The notes under the pieces were generated by a model. That model saw only the letters and a list, made by a program, of their open reading frames with translations, did no database searches and was not told the DNA's origin. From NCBI GenBank assembly GCA_964532805.1, contig CAZHKX010000001.1:1-62585 (forward strand): a DNA stretch of 62,585 bases. The letters are read 5' to 3'. Below, one piece after another: positions 9,912 to 19,759 of this stretch (its first letter is position 1; each line of letters starts with the position of its first letter). The DNA is from an uncultured Clostridia bacterium. Its GTDB lineage: Bacteria > Bacillota > DTU025 > MWDF01. The position numbers and the translations under genes are program-made.

Positions 9912-10199
9912 TTAGACTTCGTCCTCGTCGTCATCATCGTCATTCGCGGCGATGATCTCCTCAGGTTCCACCTTTGTCTCGGGCTCCACCGCCTTTAATG
10001 TAGAGAAGCTCACTTCCACTGCAGTCTTCCTCGGCTGATCCCTTCTTATGAAGACCCAGAGGCCGAGGATTATCAGCACCACAGGCCACAGCCTGATTAT
10101 GTAGCTCAGCCTGAACAGGCCGAGGTTGTCCCCCAGAAGGATGAGCCCCAGGAGAACCAGTACCAGCGCGAACCAGTCCTTACCCTTCATCTTACGCAC
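9912..10199 (-). CDS. LiaI/LiaF-like small membrane protein with a polyacidic C-terminus
   Basis: 95 aa, two TM (LVLLGLILLGDNLGLF, WPVVLIILGLWVFI). C-terminal tail is EEIIAANDDDDDEDEV. Confidence 0.5.
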   Translation of the reverse strand: MRKMKGKDWFALVLVLLGLILLGDNLGLFRLSYIIRLWPVVLIILGLWVFIRRDQPRKTAVEVSFSTLKAVEPETKVEPEEIIAANDDDDDEDEV

Positions 10200-10232
10200 C
10201 TCCCAAGGCGGCCTTGCCGCCCTTGTTGTGGA

Positions 10233-11606
10233 TTATATGTTGATGGCCAGCCCGTAGGCGGCCTCTGCGGCTTCAAGCACCGACTCCGAGAGCGTCGGGT
10301 GGGCATGGATCGTATGACCGACTTCCTTAAGCGTCAGGCCGGCCGTAACGGCCAGCGCAACTTCGGCGATTATGTCCGACGCATGCGCGCCCACCACAGT
10401 TCCCCCTATTATCCTGCCGTTTCCGTCCGCGACCAGCTTGGCGAACCCCTCCGGCTCGCCCATCGCCGTAGCCTTGCCCAGGGCCGAGTAGGGGAACCTG
10501 CCTATCGTGTACTCTATGCCCGATGACTTCGCGCCGTCTTCTCCAACGCCGACCTGCGCCACCTCGGGATAGGTGAAGATGCAGTTCGGCACCGCATAAT
10601 AGTCCATCGTGCGGTTTCCGCCGGCCATGTTCGCCGCGCATACCATGCCCTGAGAGGATGCCACGTGGGCAAGCTGCATCTTGTTGTTGACGTCCCCTAT
10701 CGCCCAGATGCCCGGAACATTGGTCCTCATGGCGTTGTCTACCACGATCTCGCCGTCCTCGCCGATTTCCACCCCGGCCTCAGCCACCCCTGCCGAAGAG
10801 CCATTCGGGCTCCTTCCTATGGAGAGCAGCATCCTGTCCGCCTCGATGCGCCTTCCGTCCTCCAGGATTGCGGCGACCCTGCCTTCGAGCTTCTCCACCG
10901 ATTTGACGCCCGTTCCCGTGATGACTTCCATGCCGCGCTTCCTGAATGATGCCGCAACTACGGAGGCCGCCTCCTCATCCACCATGGGAAGAATCCTGGG
11001 CATCACGTCAACAAGGGTCACCTTGCTGCCGAAAGTGCCATAGATGCTCGCAAACTCGCAACCGACCACGCCGGCTCCGACTACCAGCAGCTCCCCGGGC
11101 ACTTCCTTCAGCGCCAGCATCTCATCGGATGTGAGAACCAAGCTTCCGTCATATCCGAACATCCTGGGCGTCACCGGTGAGGCTCCTGTCGCTATGACAA
11201 TGTTCTTTGTTTCGTACAACTGGCTGGTGCCGTCCTGTACGGTCACTTCCACTTTGCCTGGGGATGCCACCCTGGCATCGCCGTTGAGCACGGTGATCCC
11301 GTTCTTCTTCATAAGATAGCCCACTCCGGCCCTGAGCTTTGCGGTCACCCTGTCCTTCCGGGACATCGCCTTCACTATATCAAAGCTAATATTCTCGGAG
11401 TTGACCCCGTATTCGGCCCCTCTGCGTGCGCTTGCAAGAATCTCCGCGGTGTGTGAGAGGGCCTTCGTGGGGATGCATCCCCAGTTGAGGCAGATGCCGC
11501 CCAGATGCTTCCTCTCAGCAATCGCCACTTTCATCCCTAGCTGGGCCGACCTTATTGCGCAGGTATAACCTCCGGGCCCTCCGCCTATGACCAGAACGTC
11601 GAACAT
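10233..11606 (-). CDS. lpdA: Dihydrolipoyl dehydrogenase (E3 / GCS L-protein)
   Basis: VIGGGPGGY FAD fold, redox disulfide GGICLNWGCIPTK, and C-terminal HAHPTLSE interface motif. Confidence 0.93.
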   Translation of the reverse strand: MFDVLVIGGGPGGYTCAIRSAQLGMKVAIAERKHLGGICLNWGCIPTKALSHTAEILASARRGAEYGVNSENISFDIVKAMSRKDRVTAKLRAGVGYLMKKNGITVLNGDARVASPGKVEVTVQDGTSQLYETKNIVIATGASPVTPRMFGYDGSLVLTSDEMLALKEVPGELLVVGAGVVGCEFASIYGTFGSKVTLVDVMPRILPMVDEEAASVVAASFRKRGMEVITGTGVKSVEKLEGRVAAILEDGRRIEADRMLLSIGRSPNGSSAGVAEAGVEIGEDGEIVVDNAMRTNVPGIWAIGDVNNKMQLAHVASSQGMVCAANMAGGNRTMDYYAVPNCIFTYPEVAQVGVGEDGAKSSGIEYTIGRFPYSALGKATAMGEPEGFAKLVADGNGRIIGGTVVGAHASDIIAEVALAVTAGLTLKEVGHTIHAHPTLSESVLEAAEAAYGLAINI

Positions 11607-11780
11607 CGCGATACCTCCACGAGTATATTAACGACGCGGAGGGACCTACTGTTGTGCTATTCGCCGAACCCTCCGCTATGTCCTATTAGCCCAAGGAGTA
11701 TTATATAATAGTAAGCGGCAAGAACCGCACTTTATTCGTATGCACAGTTTGTACACATCACAATATCGGAGGTGTCCCGA

Positions 11781-12899
11781 TTGTCTGGATTGAAGAGGAC
11801 CCCGCTTTACGAGATGCACATCAAGTACTCAGGCATGATAGTAGACTTCGGCGGCTGGGAGCTGCCCGTAAGGTACAAGGGAAAGGGCGACCTCGAGGAG
11901 CATAGGACCGTCAGGGAGGCCGTCGGGCTTTTCGACGTGTCCCATATGGGCGAAATCAGGGTCAAGGGGCCGGCCACGCTCAAGTTCGTGGACAACCTCA
12001 TCACAAACGACGTAGCCGGCGCAGAGATGAACCAGGTGACATACGCCCAGATGTGCTACCCGGAGGGCGGCATCGTGGACGACCTTCTGGCGTACAAGCT
12101 CTCCGACGAGGAGTTCTTCCTGGTGGTCAACGCCTCCAACTCCGACAAAGATTATGAATGGATAAAGAAGCAGGCAGAAGGCTGGGACTGCACGGTAGTA
12201 AACGAATCGGCCGCATGGGCGGAGATAGCGGTGCAGGGGCCGAAGGCTCAGGAGCTGGTTCAGAGGCTCACCGATTACAACCTAGACGAGTTGAAGTTCT
12301 TCTACTGCAAGGAGAATGTAGTCATCGCAGGGGCTGAGTGCGTGATATCCCGCACGGGCTACACAGGCGAGGACGGATTCGAGATCTACATGAGGCCCGA
12401 AGATGCGGTGAACGTCTGGGAGAGCGCCATGAAGGCTGGAGATGACCTGGGTGTATCGCCGTGTGGCCTCGGCGCCAGGGACTCGCTCAGGTTCGAGGCA
12501 TGCCTGCCGCTCTACGGCCACGAGCTCTCCAAGGATATAACCCCGCTGGAGGCATCCTTAGGCTTCTTCGTGAAGCTCGACAAGCCATCCTTCATAGGCA
12601 AGGACGCGCTCGTCGCGCAGAAGCAGAAGGGCTTATCAAGGAGGCAGGTCGGCCTTGAGCTCATAGACAGGGGCATACCTAGGAACGGCTACAAGGTGCT
12701 CTCCCCCGAAGGCGCGGAGATAGGCTGGGTCACAAGCGGGCTTCCGAGCCCTACTCTTGGCAAGAACCTGGCGATGGCGCAGGTAGCCATCGACTATGCG
12801 AAAGTCGGGACCGAAATCGCAGTCCAGATAAGGGACAAGGCGATGAAGGCAGTCGTCGTGAAGACCCCGTTCTACAAGAAGGCTTACAGGAAGCCCTGA
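11781..12899 (+). CDS. gcvT: Glycine cleavage system T protein (aminomethyltransferase)
   Basis: LKRTPLYEMH N-terminus and full-length GcvT-like sequence. GGAGG at 11768-11772 favours TTG 11781 over the tracked GTG 11772. Confidence 0.95.
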   Translation: MSGLKRTPLYEMHIKYSGMIVDFGGWELPVRYKGKGDLEEHRTVREAVGLFDVSHMGEIRVKGPATLKFVDNLITNDVAGAEMNQVTYAQMCYPEGGIVDDLLAYKLSDEEFFLVVNASNSDKDYEWIKKQAEGWDCTVVNESAAWAEIAVQGPKAQELVQRLTDYNLDELKFFYCKENVVIAGAECVISRTGYTGEDGFEIYMRPEDAVNVWESAMKAGDDLGVSPCGLGARDSLRFEACLPLYGHELSKDITPLEASLGFFVKLDKPSFIGKDALVAQKQKGLSRRQVGLELIDRGIPRNGYKVLSPEGAEIGWVTSGLPSPTLGKNLAMAQVAIDYAKVGTEIAVQIRDKAMKAVVVKTPFYKKAYRKP

Positions 12900-12938
12900 T
12901 AATCAAGCACTTAAATTCACATACGGAGGTTATGAGAC

Positions 12939-13310
12939 ATGTTCAAGTACGCAGACAGCCATGAATGGGCCAAGGCAGACGGCAAGCTCGTCACAGTGGG
13001 CATAAGCGACTACGCGGCCGAGCATCTCGGCGACGTCATATTCGCAGAGCTTCCCGCGGTGGGCTCAGCAGTGAAGAAGGGCGCAAAGCTTGTGGACCTG
13101 GAATCTGTCAAGGCGGTCGCAGAGGTATTCTCGCCGGTCAGCGGCAAGGTCGTGGAAGTGAACACCGCCGTAGGAGACAACGCCGGCATGATCAACGAAT
13201 CCCCCCAGGGCGACGGCTGGATAGTCAAGATCGAGGCGGCGGACACCGCCGAGCTGGACACGCTGATGGACGAGGCTGCTTACCGCAAGTTCCTCGAGTC
13301 GCAGCATTAA
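12939..13310 (+). CDS. gcvH: Glycine cleavage system H protein
   Basis: 123 aa with lipoyl-lysine motif LESVKAVAEVFSPVSG. Confidence 0.95.
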   Translation: MFKYADSHEWAKADGKLVTVGISDYAAEHLGDVIFAELPAVGSAVKKGAKLVDLESVKAVAEVFSPVSGKVVEVNTAVGDNAGMINESPQGDGWIVKIEAADTAELDTLMDEAAYRKFLESQH

Positions 13311-13328
13311 GATTAGGAGGTAGCGAAT

Positions 13329-14681
13329 ATGGGAGCTCCTCGCCATTACCTTCCCGCCACCGAGCAGGAAGTGCGCGAGATGCTCGATGCGTGCGGCGCA
13401 AAGAGCATCGATGACCTTTTCTCGGACATCCCGGAGGGCTTAAGGTTCACCGGGAAGCTAGATATCCCCGAGTCCCTGTCGGAGCCTGAGCTGGCAGCAG
13501 AGCTGGACAAGATGGCGGCAATGAACAAGGCTGGCGCGGTATGCTTCGCCGGCGGCGGCATATACGACCACTTCGTCCCCTCAGTCGTGGACCACATGCT
13601 AAGGCGCGGCGAGTTCTACACCGCCTACACCCCATACCAGCCCGAGGTGAGCCAGGGGACTCTTACCGCCATCTTCCAGTACCAGACCATGATCTGCGAG
13701 CTGACCGGCATGGACCAGGCCAATGCCTCCATGTACGATGCCGGGACCGCTGCGGCGGAAGCATCCATCATGTGCGCGAGCCAGTCCGGAAGGAAGAAGG
13801 TCGTGGTGACCCGGGCCACCAACCCGCGCTACCGCGATGTGATAAGGACCTATGCGGAGCCCAGGGAGTACGAGGTTGTGGAAGTCCCCTTCGACCCCAA
13901 GACGGGCCAGACCGATGTTGCCGAGCTTAAAAGGGCCGCAGCAGGGGCGGCCTGCGTGATCGCCCAGAATCCGAACTACCTTGGCGTCATAGAGGACATG
14001 CATGGCCTTTCCGAGGCCGCGCACTCTGACGGCGGCTTCTTCGTCGCAGTAGTGAACCCCGTAAGCCTAGCAGTGCTTGAGGCGCCCAGGGCATACGGAG
14101 CCGACATAGCGGTTGGCGAGGGCCAGTCGATGGGAAACGGCATGAACTTCGGCGGGCCGCTTCTTGGCTTCATGGCCGCGACCCAGCAGCTTATAAGGCG
14201 CATGCCCGGCAGGCTCGTGGGCCAGACGCTGGACAACCGCGGCCAGAGAGCCTTCGTGCTCACGCTGCAGACCAGGGAGCAGCACATAAGGCGCGAGAAC
14301 GCCACCAGCAACATCTGCTCCAACGAGGCGCTGTGCGCCCTTGCTGCGACCATACACTTAAGCCTCATGGGTCCCAAGGGGCTCAGGAAGGCGGCCGAGC
14401 TTTCGATGTGGAAGGCCCATTACCTGGCAAAGACGATATCCGAGAAGACGCCCTACAGGCTGAAGTTCGCCGGCCCCTTCTTCAACGAGTTCGCCATCGA
14501 GGGCGAGGGCTGCGCGGCGGAGCTCAGAGACAGGCTGCTTGACGAGGGGATACTCGGAGGAATACCTCTTTCGACCGCATATCCGGAGTTTAAGCACAAC
14601 TCCCTCTGGGCGGTGACAGAGCTTCGCACCAGGGAGCAGATGGACAGGCTCGTATCCCTACTGGAGGTGAGCGCAAGATGA
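13329..14681 (+). CDS. gcvPA: Glycine dehydrogenase (decarboxylating) subunit 1
   Basis: Typical split P-protein N-terminal subunit ([13 protein letters not shown]). Stop overlaps the gcvPB start (ATGA). Confidence 0.95.
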   Translation: MGAPRHYLPATEQEVREMLDACGAKSIDDLFSDIPEGLRFTGKLDIPESLSEPELAAELDKMAAMNKAGAVCFAGGGIYDHFVPSVVDHMLRRGEFYTAYTPYQPEVSQGTLTAIFQYQTMICELTGMDQANASMYDAGTAAAEASIMCASQSGRKKVVVTRATNPRYRDVIRTYAEPREYEVVEVPFDPKTGQTDVAELKRAAAGAACVIAQNPNYLGVIEDMHGLSEAAHSDGGFFVAVVNPVSLAVLEAPRAYGADIAVGEGQSMGNGMNFGGPLLGFMAATQQLIRRMPGRLVGQTLDNRGQRAFVLTLQTREQHIRRENATSNICSNEALCALAATIHLSLMGPKGLRKAAELSMWKAHYLAKTISEKTPYRLKFAGPFFNEFAIEGEGCAAELRDRLLDEGILGGIPLSTAYPEFKHNSLWAVTELRTREQMDRLVSLLEVSAR

Positions 14682-16147
14682 AGAGGCTCATGCCCTTGAT
14701 TTTCGAGATGAGCAGGCCCGGCAGGATGGGCGTAAGCCTTCCCGCATCGGATGTGCCGGAACTTGCCGTAGAATCGATGATTCCCGACACCATGCTCAGA
14801 AAGCAGGCCCCGGGGCTTCCCGAAGTCTCCGAGGTTGACGTGGTGAGGCACTTCGTGAACCTCTCCAACCTTAACCACGGCGTCGACACGGGGTTCTACC
14901 CTCTGGGCAGCTGCACCATGAAGTACAACCCCAAGATAAACGAGGACGCCGCAAGGCTTCCCGGCTTCGCCAAGCTGCATCCTGACATGCCGGAGCGCGG
15001 GGCGCAGGGTGCGCTCAAGGTCATCCACGACCTCGACATGTGGCTCTCCGAGATATGCGGGATGGACAGGTTCACCCTGCAGCCGGTGGCGGGCGCCCAT
15101 GGCGAGCTGACCGGGCTGTTCATCATCCGCGCCTATCATTTCAGCAGGATGGACTGCAAGAGGGACAAGATACTCGCACCGGACTCCTCGCACGGCACCA
15201 ACCCCGCAAGCGCGGCTGCTGCAGGGATGACGGTCATACAGGTGGCATCCGACGCCAGGGGCAACGTGGACATTGAGGATCTCAAGGCGAAAGTCGGCCC
15301 GGACACCGCGGCGCTCATGCTCACCAACCCCAATACATTGGGGCTTTTCGACGAGCACATCTGCGAGATCACCGAGATAGTCCATAACGCCGGCGGACTT
15401 GTTTACTACGACGGAGCGAACGCAAACGCCATAATGGGCAAATCCAGGCCCGGCGACATGGGCTTCGACGTCGTCCACATCAACCTGCACAAGACGTTCT
15501 CCACCCCGCACGGCGGAGGAGGACCGGGCTCCGGCCCTGTGGGCGTTAAGAAGTTCCTGGAGCCGTTCCTACCTAAGCCCCTGGTGGAATGCGGCGGCGG
15601 CAAGTACAGGTGGGACTTCGACAGGCCGGATTCAATCGGCCACGTGCATTCGTTCAACGGCAACTTCGGAGTGCTCCTGAGGACATGGGCCTACATTAGG
15701 ACAATGGGGCCGGACGGCCTTAAAGCGGCCTCAGAGCTGGCAGTGCTGAACGCAAACTACCTGATGCACGAGCTCAAAGGCGACTTCCAGCTCAACTTCG
15801 ACAGGGCCTGCAAACACGAGTTCGTGCTCTCTGGGGCCAAGCAGAAGAAGGAGAGCGGCGTAAGGACGCTCGATATGGCCAAGAGGCTCCTGGACTACGG
15901 CTACCATGCTCCTACCGTATACTTCCCCCTCATAGTCGAGGAGGCGATAATGATCGAGCCCACGGAGACAGAAAGCAAGGAGACCCTGGACTCGTTCATA
16001 GAGGCGATGAAGGAGATAGCGAGAGAAGCAAGGGAGAACCCCGAGAACCTGCACACGGCTCCGCACAACACGCCTGTCGGCAGGCTCGACGAGACGCTTG
16101 CTGCAAGAAAGCCGATACTGAGGTGGACGAAAGCGGACAATGAATAG
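14678..16147 (+). CDS. gcvPB: Glycine dehydrogenase (decarboxylating) subunit 2
   Basis: PLP-lysine region [16 protein letters not shown], ~489 aa. Confidence 0.95.
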   Translation: MKRLMPLIFEMSRPGRMGVSLPASDVPELAVESMIPDTMLRKQAPGLPEVSEVDVVRHFVNLSNLNHGVDTGFYPLGSCTMKYNPKINEDAARLPGFAKLHPDMPERGAQGALKVIHDLDMWLSEICGMDRFTLQPVAGAHGELTGLFIIRAYHFSRMDCKRDKILAPDSSHGTNPASAAAAGMTVIQVASDARGNVDIEDLKAKVGPDTAALMLTNPNTLGLFDEHICEITEIVHNAGGLVYYDGANANAIMGKSRPGDMGFDVVHINLHKTFSTPHGGGGPGSGPVGVKKFLEPFLPKPLVECGGGKYRWDFDRPDSIGHVHSFNGNFGVLLRTWAYIRTMGPDGLKAASELAVLNANYLMHELKGDFQLNFDRACKHEFVLSGAKQKKESGVRTLDMAKRLLDYGYHAPTVYFPLIVEEAIMIEPTETESKETLDSFIEAMKEIAREARENPENLHTAPHNTPVGRLDETLAARKPILRWTKADNE

Positions 16148-17012
16148 GAAGGTCATCTTCGCCCGCCCTACTGCCACGACGGCGATCTCAGTCACCGGAG
16201 AGGCATGCGGGCTCAACTGCGCCCACTGCGGCGCTAGATATCTAAAGGGGATGAGGCCGCCGGATGAAGCGCTGGCGGCCTTTTCCGACCCGTCGGCAAG
16301 AAGCGTGCTCATATCCGGAGGAAGCGACGCTTATGGCCATGTCCCGATCGAGGGCTGGCCGGAGCAGGTCAGAGGAGACCATCCGCATCTTTCCATAAAC
16401 TGCCATACAGGGATAATCGACGAGGCTGAAGCCGGATATCTCAAAGGCAAGGTGGATGTGATCTCCTTCGACTATGTCAGCGACCTGAGGATAACGGAGG
16501 GCATATACGGCTCGAAGTCGGCACCTGAGGACTATGTGCGAAGCTTCATCCTCGCATCAAACGCCGTACCGACCGTCCCTCACATAACTGTCGGCCTGCT
16601 GGGACCCGAGACTGAGCCGGCCTTCTCCATAAGCGTGCTGGATGAGATCAGGGCGTTGGCTGATGCGGGAAGGATACCGGAGCCCCCCGGCATCGTCGTT
16701 ATCGTCTTCAGGCCCACAAGGGGCACCAGGATGGAAGGCGGCGCGCCTCCTGATGAGGGAGCCGTAGCCGAGGCCATAAGGCATGCAAAGCTCATCTTCC
16801 CAACCTCCCCCGTCTCGCTAGGCTGCATGAGGCCCGCCGGAGGCTACCGCTCAAGGCTCGATGTGCTCGCCCTTCAAGCAGGCGCCGATATCATCGTCAT
16901 GCCGGCTAAGGAGGCAGTGCTTCTTGCGGAGTCGGAAGGATTAGAGATGCTTTCGGCGGATGAATGCTGCGTCTTTCCATCCCTAGGCAAGGGGGTGCGC
17001 AATGATGGATGA
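16140..17012 (+). CDS. Radical SAM protein, candidate LipS-type lipoyl synthase subunit
   Basis: C23-x3-C27-x2-C30 (CGLNCAHC) plus further Cys in INCH, LGCM and ECC. 8-nt overlap with gcvPB. Confidence 0.7.
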   Translation: MNRKVIFARPTATTAISVTGEACGLNCAHCGARYLKGMRPPDEALAAFSDPSARSVLISGGSDAYGHVPIEGWPEQVRGDHPHLSINCHTGIIDEAEAGYLKGKVDVISFDYVSDLRITEGIYGSKSAPEDYVRSFILASNAVPTVPHITVGLLGPETEPAFSISVLDEIRALADAGRIPEPPGIVVIVFRPTRGTRMEGGAPPDEGAVAEAIRHAKLIFPTSPVSLGCMRPAGGYRSRLDVLALQAGADIIVMPAKEAVLLAESEGLEMLSADECCVFPSLGKGVRNDG

Positions 17013-18003
17013 GGTCAGCAACGCCCTCAAGTTCAGGCCTTCCTCCGGCACAATGGCCGCCCTCGGCCTGCTGGACATAAAGGCAGACGCCCTGCCAACT
17101 ACGGCCTACATAATGCTGGGAGAGAAGTGCGTGCGAGACTGCGCCTTCTGTGCCCAGGCAAGAAACAGCGGCGCCGGAGCCGGCAGGCTCTCCAGGGTCA
17201 CATGGCCTGAGGCGGACGAAGACGGCCTTCTGAATGCATTAAGCGCTGCAACAAGGGCCGGAACCATTAGGCGCGTCTGCATACAGACCGTGGGGGGGAG
17301 ATCCTCACTGAAGGCTGTTGTGGATGCTGTAGGCAGACTGCGGTCGGCCTCAGCCCCCGGAATTCCGATATCAGTATCGTTCAGCGCCACGGCGGGGCTT
17401 TCGGACATCGGAGGCATCATCGAGGCAGGCGCCGACAAGGTGGCCCTATCGATTGACGCCTGCAATCCCGAGCTGCATCTGAAGCTTAAGAAATCCCGGA
17501 TGGAAGCATCGCTGAAGCTCATATCGGAGGCGGCGGCGAGGTATCCGGGGAGGATCTCGACCCATTTGATATCGGGCATGGGCGAAAGCGAGCGCGACCT
17601 CCTGCTCCTTGCCGCACGGATGATGGAGTTGGGAGTAGGCTTGGGGCTGTTCGCGTTCACCCCCCTTCGCGGCACGGAGATGGAGGGCCACCCTAAGCCC
17701 GACATCCGCTCATACAGGCGGGTTCAGCTGGCCTTCTGGCTTATTAAGCACCATGGCCTTACGGCAGACGGGATGCGCTTCGACGATGCCGGAAGGCTTA
17801 CCGGGTTGTCCCTGCAGGGCCGTGACATATCCTCCATGGCGGCAAGCGGCTCTCCTTTCCTCACCTCCGGCTGCAGTTCCTGCAACAGGCCCTATTACAA
17901 CGAAAGCCCCGGCACGGAGCTTTACAACTATCCTAGGGAGCTAACCTGCGAGCAGGCCGCAAGGGCGCTTTCGATGGCCCTTGACGGGCTGATCCTCGAC
18001 TGA
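17002..18003 (+). CDS. Radical SAM protein, candidate LipS-type lipoyl synthase subunit (second, non-identical)
   Basis: C43-x3-C47-x2-C50 (CVRDCAFC) plus Cys in VCIQ, DACN and GCSSC. 11-nt overlap with the preceding radical SAM gene. Confidence 0.7.
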   Translation: MMDEVSNALKFRPSSGTMAALGLLDIKADALPTTAYIMLGEKCVRDCAFCAQARNSGAGAGRLSRVTWPEADEDGLLNALSAATRAGTIRRVCIQTVGGRSSLKAVVDAVGRLRSASAPGIPISVSFSATAGLSDIGGIIEAGADKVALSIDACNPELHLKLKKSRMEASLKLISEAAARYPGRISTHLISGMGESERDLLLLAARMMELGVGLGLFAFTPLRGTEMEGHPKPDIRSYRRVQLAFWLIKHHGLTADGMRFDDAGRLTGLSLQGRDISSMAASGSPFLTSGCSSCNRPYYNESPGTELYNYPRELTCEQAARALSMALDGLILD

Positions 18004-18018
18004 CTGGAGGCGATCATC

Positions 18019-18813
18019 ATGGCACCATGGCGTCTAATCATCTCCCCGGCGTCGGAAGGGGCATGGAACATGGCTGTAGACGAGGCTGTGCTGGAAGCCG
18101 TCATTGCCGGCTCATCACCCCCAACCCTGAGGTTCTATACATGGGATCCCCCCTGCCTCTCCCTCGGCTACAACCAGAGGGCAGTTGAATCCTGCGACAT
18201 GGGGGAAGTACTCAAAAGGGGCTATACCATGGTAAGAAGGAGGACGGGCGGGCGCGCGGTGCTGCATGATGACGAGCTCACCTACAGCGTGATAGCAGAT
18301 TCGCTGCTCTTCGGCGGGGGTGCTGTACTGGATGTGTACATGATGATAAGTAGCGCCCTGGCGGACGGGCTAAAAGCCTTCGGCATAACGGCGGACCTCG
18401 TCCCCGCGTACAGCGACAGGGGCAAGGAGAAGACCGCAGCCTGCTTCGACGTGCCGTCCAGCTTCGAGGTCGCCTGGAAGGGCCGGAAGATCATAGGAAG
18501 CGCGCAGTTCAGGTCGGGCAGGCACTTCCTGCAGCATGGCTCCATACTGATGTCGGCAGACGTAGGCGCCCTGCTTAAGGTGTGCGCACTACCAAGCTCC
18601 ATGAAGGAGAGGCTTGAAGGCGGGATTGCGACAGTCGACGAGGCGCTCGGCAGGAATGCCGGAGCCTATGAGCTGACAGGGCCGATCTCCGAGGAGTTCG
18701 GAAGGCTGGTGGGCTCCCCGCTTCTTGAGGCAGGCCTCAGCGACGCCGAGGTGAAGAGGGCATCGGAGCTTCTGGGCAAGTACAGGTCGGATGAGTGGAA
18801 TTTCCTGAAATAG
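18019..18813 (+). CDS. Lipoate-protein ligase / octanoyltransferase catalytic domain (LplA/LipM-type)
   Basis: BPL_LplA_LipB fold: LRFYTWDPPCLSLGYNQ, RRTGGRAVLHD and the lysine motif GRKIIGSAQ. GGAGG RBS upstream. No LplA C-terminal accessory domain. Confidence 0.85.
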   Translation: MAPWRLIISPASEGAWNMAVDEAVLEAVIAGSSPPTLRFYTWDPPCLSLGYNQRAVESCDMGEVLKRGYTMVRRRTGGRAVLHDDELTYSVIADSLLFGGGAVLDVYMMISSALADGLKAFGITADLVPAYSDRGKEKTAACFDVPSSFEVAWKGRKIIGSAQFRSGRHFLQHGSILMSADVGALLKVCALPSSMKERLEGGIATVDEALGRNAGAYELTGPISEEFGRLVGSPLLEAGLSDAEVKRASELLGKYRSDEWNFLK

Positions 18814-18827
18814 GGGGAGGCGGCAAC

Positions 18828-19733
18828 ATGCTCAGGATTTCAAGGGAGAGCTCTGTCGGCGCATTCGCCCCGAAGATGAGCCCTGTGGCCTTCGCAAAGC
18901 CAGGCGAGCTCATCCTCTTCGAGACACATGACTGCTGGCACGGCCAGATAAGCTCCGAAGGGCAGGACATCGGGAAGGTGGACTTCACATGCCTCAACCC
19001 GGCCACAGGGCCAGTCTGCATAGAGGGCGCGGAGCCTGGCGACGTGCTCTCCGTCTCGGTCCTGTCAATAGATGTGGCATCCTGCGGGGTCATCAGCGTC
19101 ATCCCCGGAGGAGGCCTTCTGGGCGGTGAAGTAAAGAAATCGTTTACCCGAATTATTCCCGTATCTTCAGTCATGGCGGGCTTCGCAGGAAGGCCTCTTC
19201 CGATAAAGCCCATGATAGGCGTGATCGGAGTCGCCACCTCCCAGAAGCAGGGCGCAGTATCGACTGGCATCCCCGGAAGGCACGGCGGCAACATGGACAC
19301 GAAGGACATATGCGAGGGAGCCACGCTGTTTCTTCCTATAAGCCAGGAGGGCGCGATGCTCGCGATGGGAGACGTCCATGCCCTCATGGCGGATGGCGAG
19401 GCCTGCGTGACAGGCCTTGAGATAGCAGCCGAGGTGCTCGTGCGAATCGGCCTTATTAAACAGACGCGGATCAGCTGGCCCGCCATAAGAGGCGGCAGCG
19501 AGCTTATGATAGTCGCCTCGGGGGCGACCCTCGAGGAGGCAGCCAGGGCTGCGACCGATTCAGCCGTGAGATACATCTCCGCCGCGTGCGGCATCAAGTG
19601 GGAGGAATCCTACATGATGGCAAGCCTTGCAGTCGATCTGCGAATCAGCCAATGCGTGGACCCGCAGATGACAGTAAGGGCCGTCATCCCGCTAGACAGG
19701 CTCGGGATCACGGGAGAACTGATGGACTTCTGA
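18828..19733 (+). CDS. Acetamidase/formamidase family amidohydrolase
   Basis: FmdA/AmdA-like sequence (ETHDCWHGQI, GNMDTKDI, GDVHALMADGE). GGGGGAGG RBS before ATG 18828, so the tracked 18795 start is trimmed. Confidence 0.8.
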   Translation: MLRISRESSVGAFAPKMSPVAFAKPGELILFETHDCWHGQISSEGQDIGKVDFTCLNPATGPVCIEGAEPGDVLSVSVLSIDVASCGVISVIPGGGLLGGEVKKSFTRIIPVSSVMAGFAGRPLPIKPMIGVIGVATSQKQGAVSTGIPGRHGGNMDTKDICEGATLFLPISQEGAMLAMGDVHALMADGEACVTGLEIAAEVLVRIGLIKQTRISWPAIRGGSELMIVASGATLEEAARAATDSAVRYISAACGIKWEESYMMASLAVDLRISQCVDPQMTVRAVIPLDRLGITGELMDF

Positions 19734-19759
19734 CAGGTTCATTGACAGGTGGTGGTCAC

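Noticed and set aside
11607-11780. Expected a glycine riboswitch in front of gcvT.
   Set aside because: I could not find the conserved aptamer cores (GGAGAG...ACCGAAGGGGCAA-type segments) on either strand. Only a generic GC stem is present. A covariance-model scan is needed to be certain.
14453-15511. Long antisense ORFs opposite well-supported genes. Examples: 14453-15511(-), 310-1143(-), 17106-17705(-), 18737-19597(-), 23287-23988(+), 33491-34063(-), 35091-35654(-), 39764-40660(-), 52539-53336(-).
   Set aside because: Each lies entirely inside a gene with clear family motifs on the other strand. Their products are Arg/Pro/Ala/Ser/His-rich and of low complexity, without motifs. They are typical shadow ORFs of GC-rich DNA.
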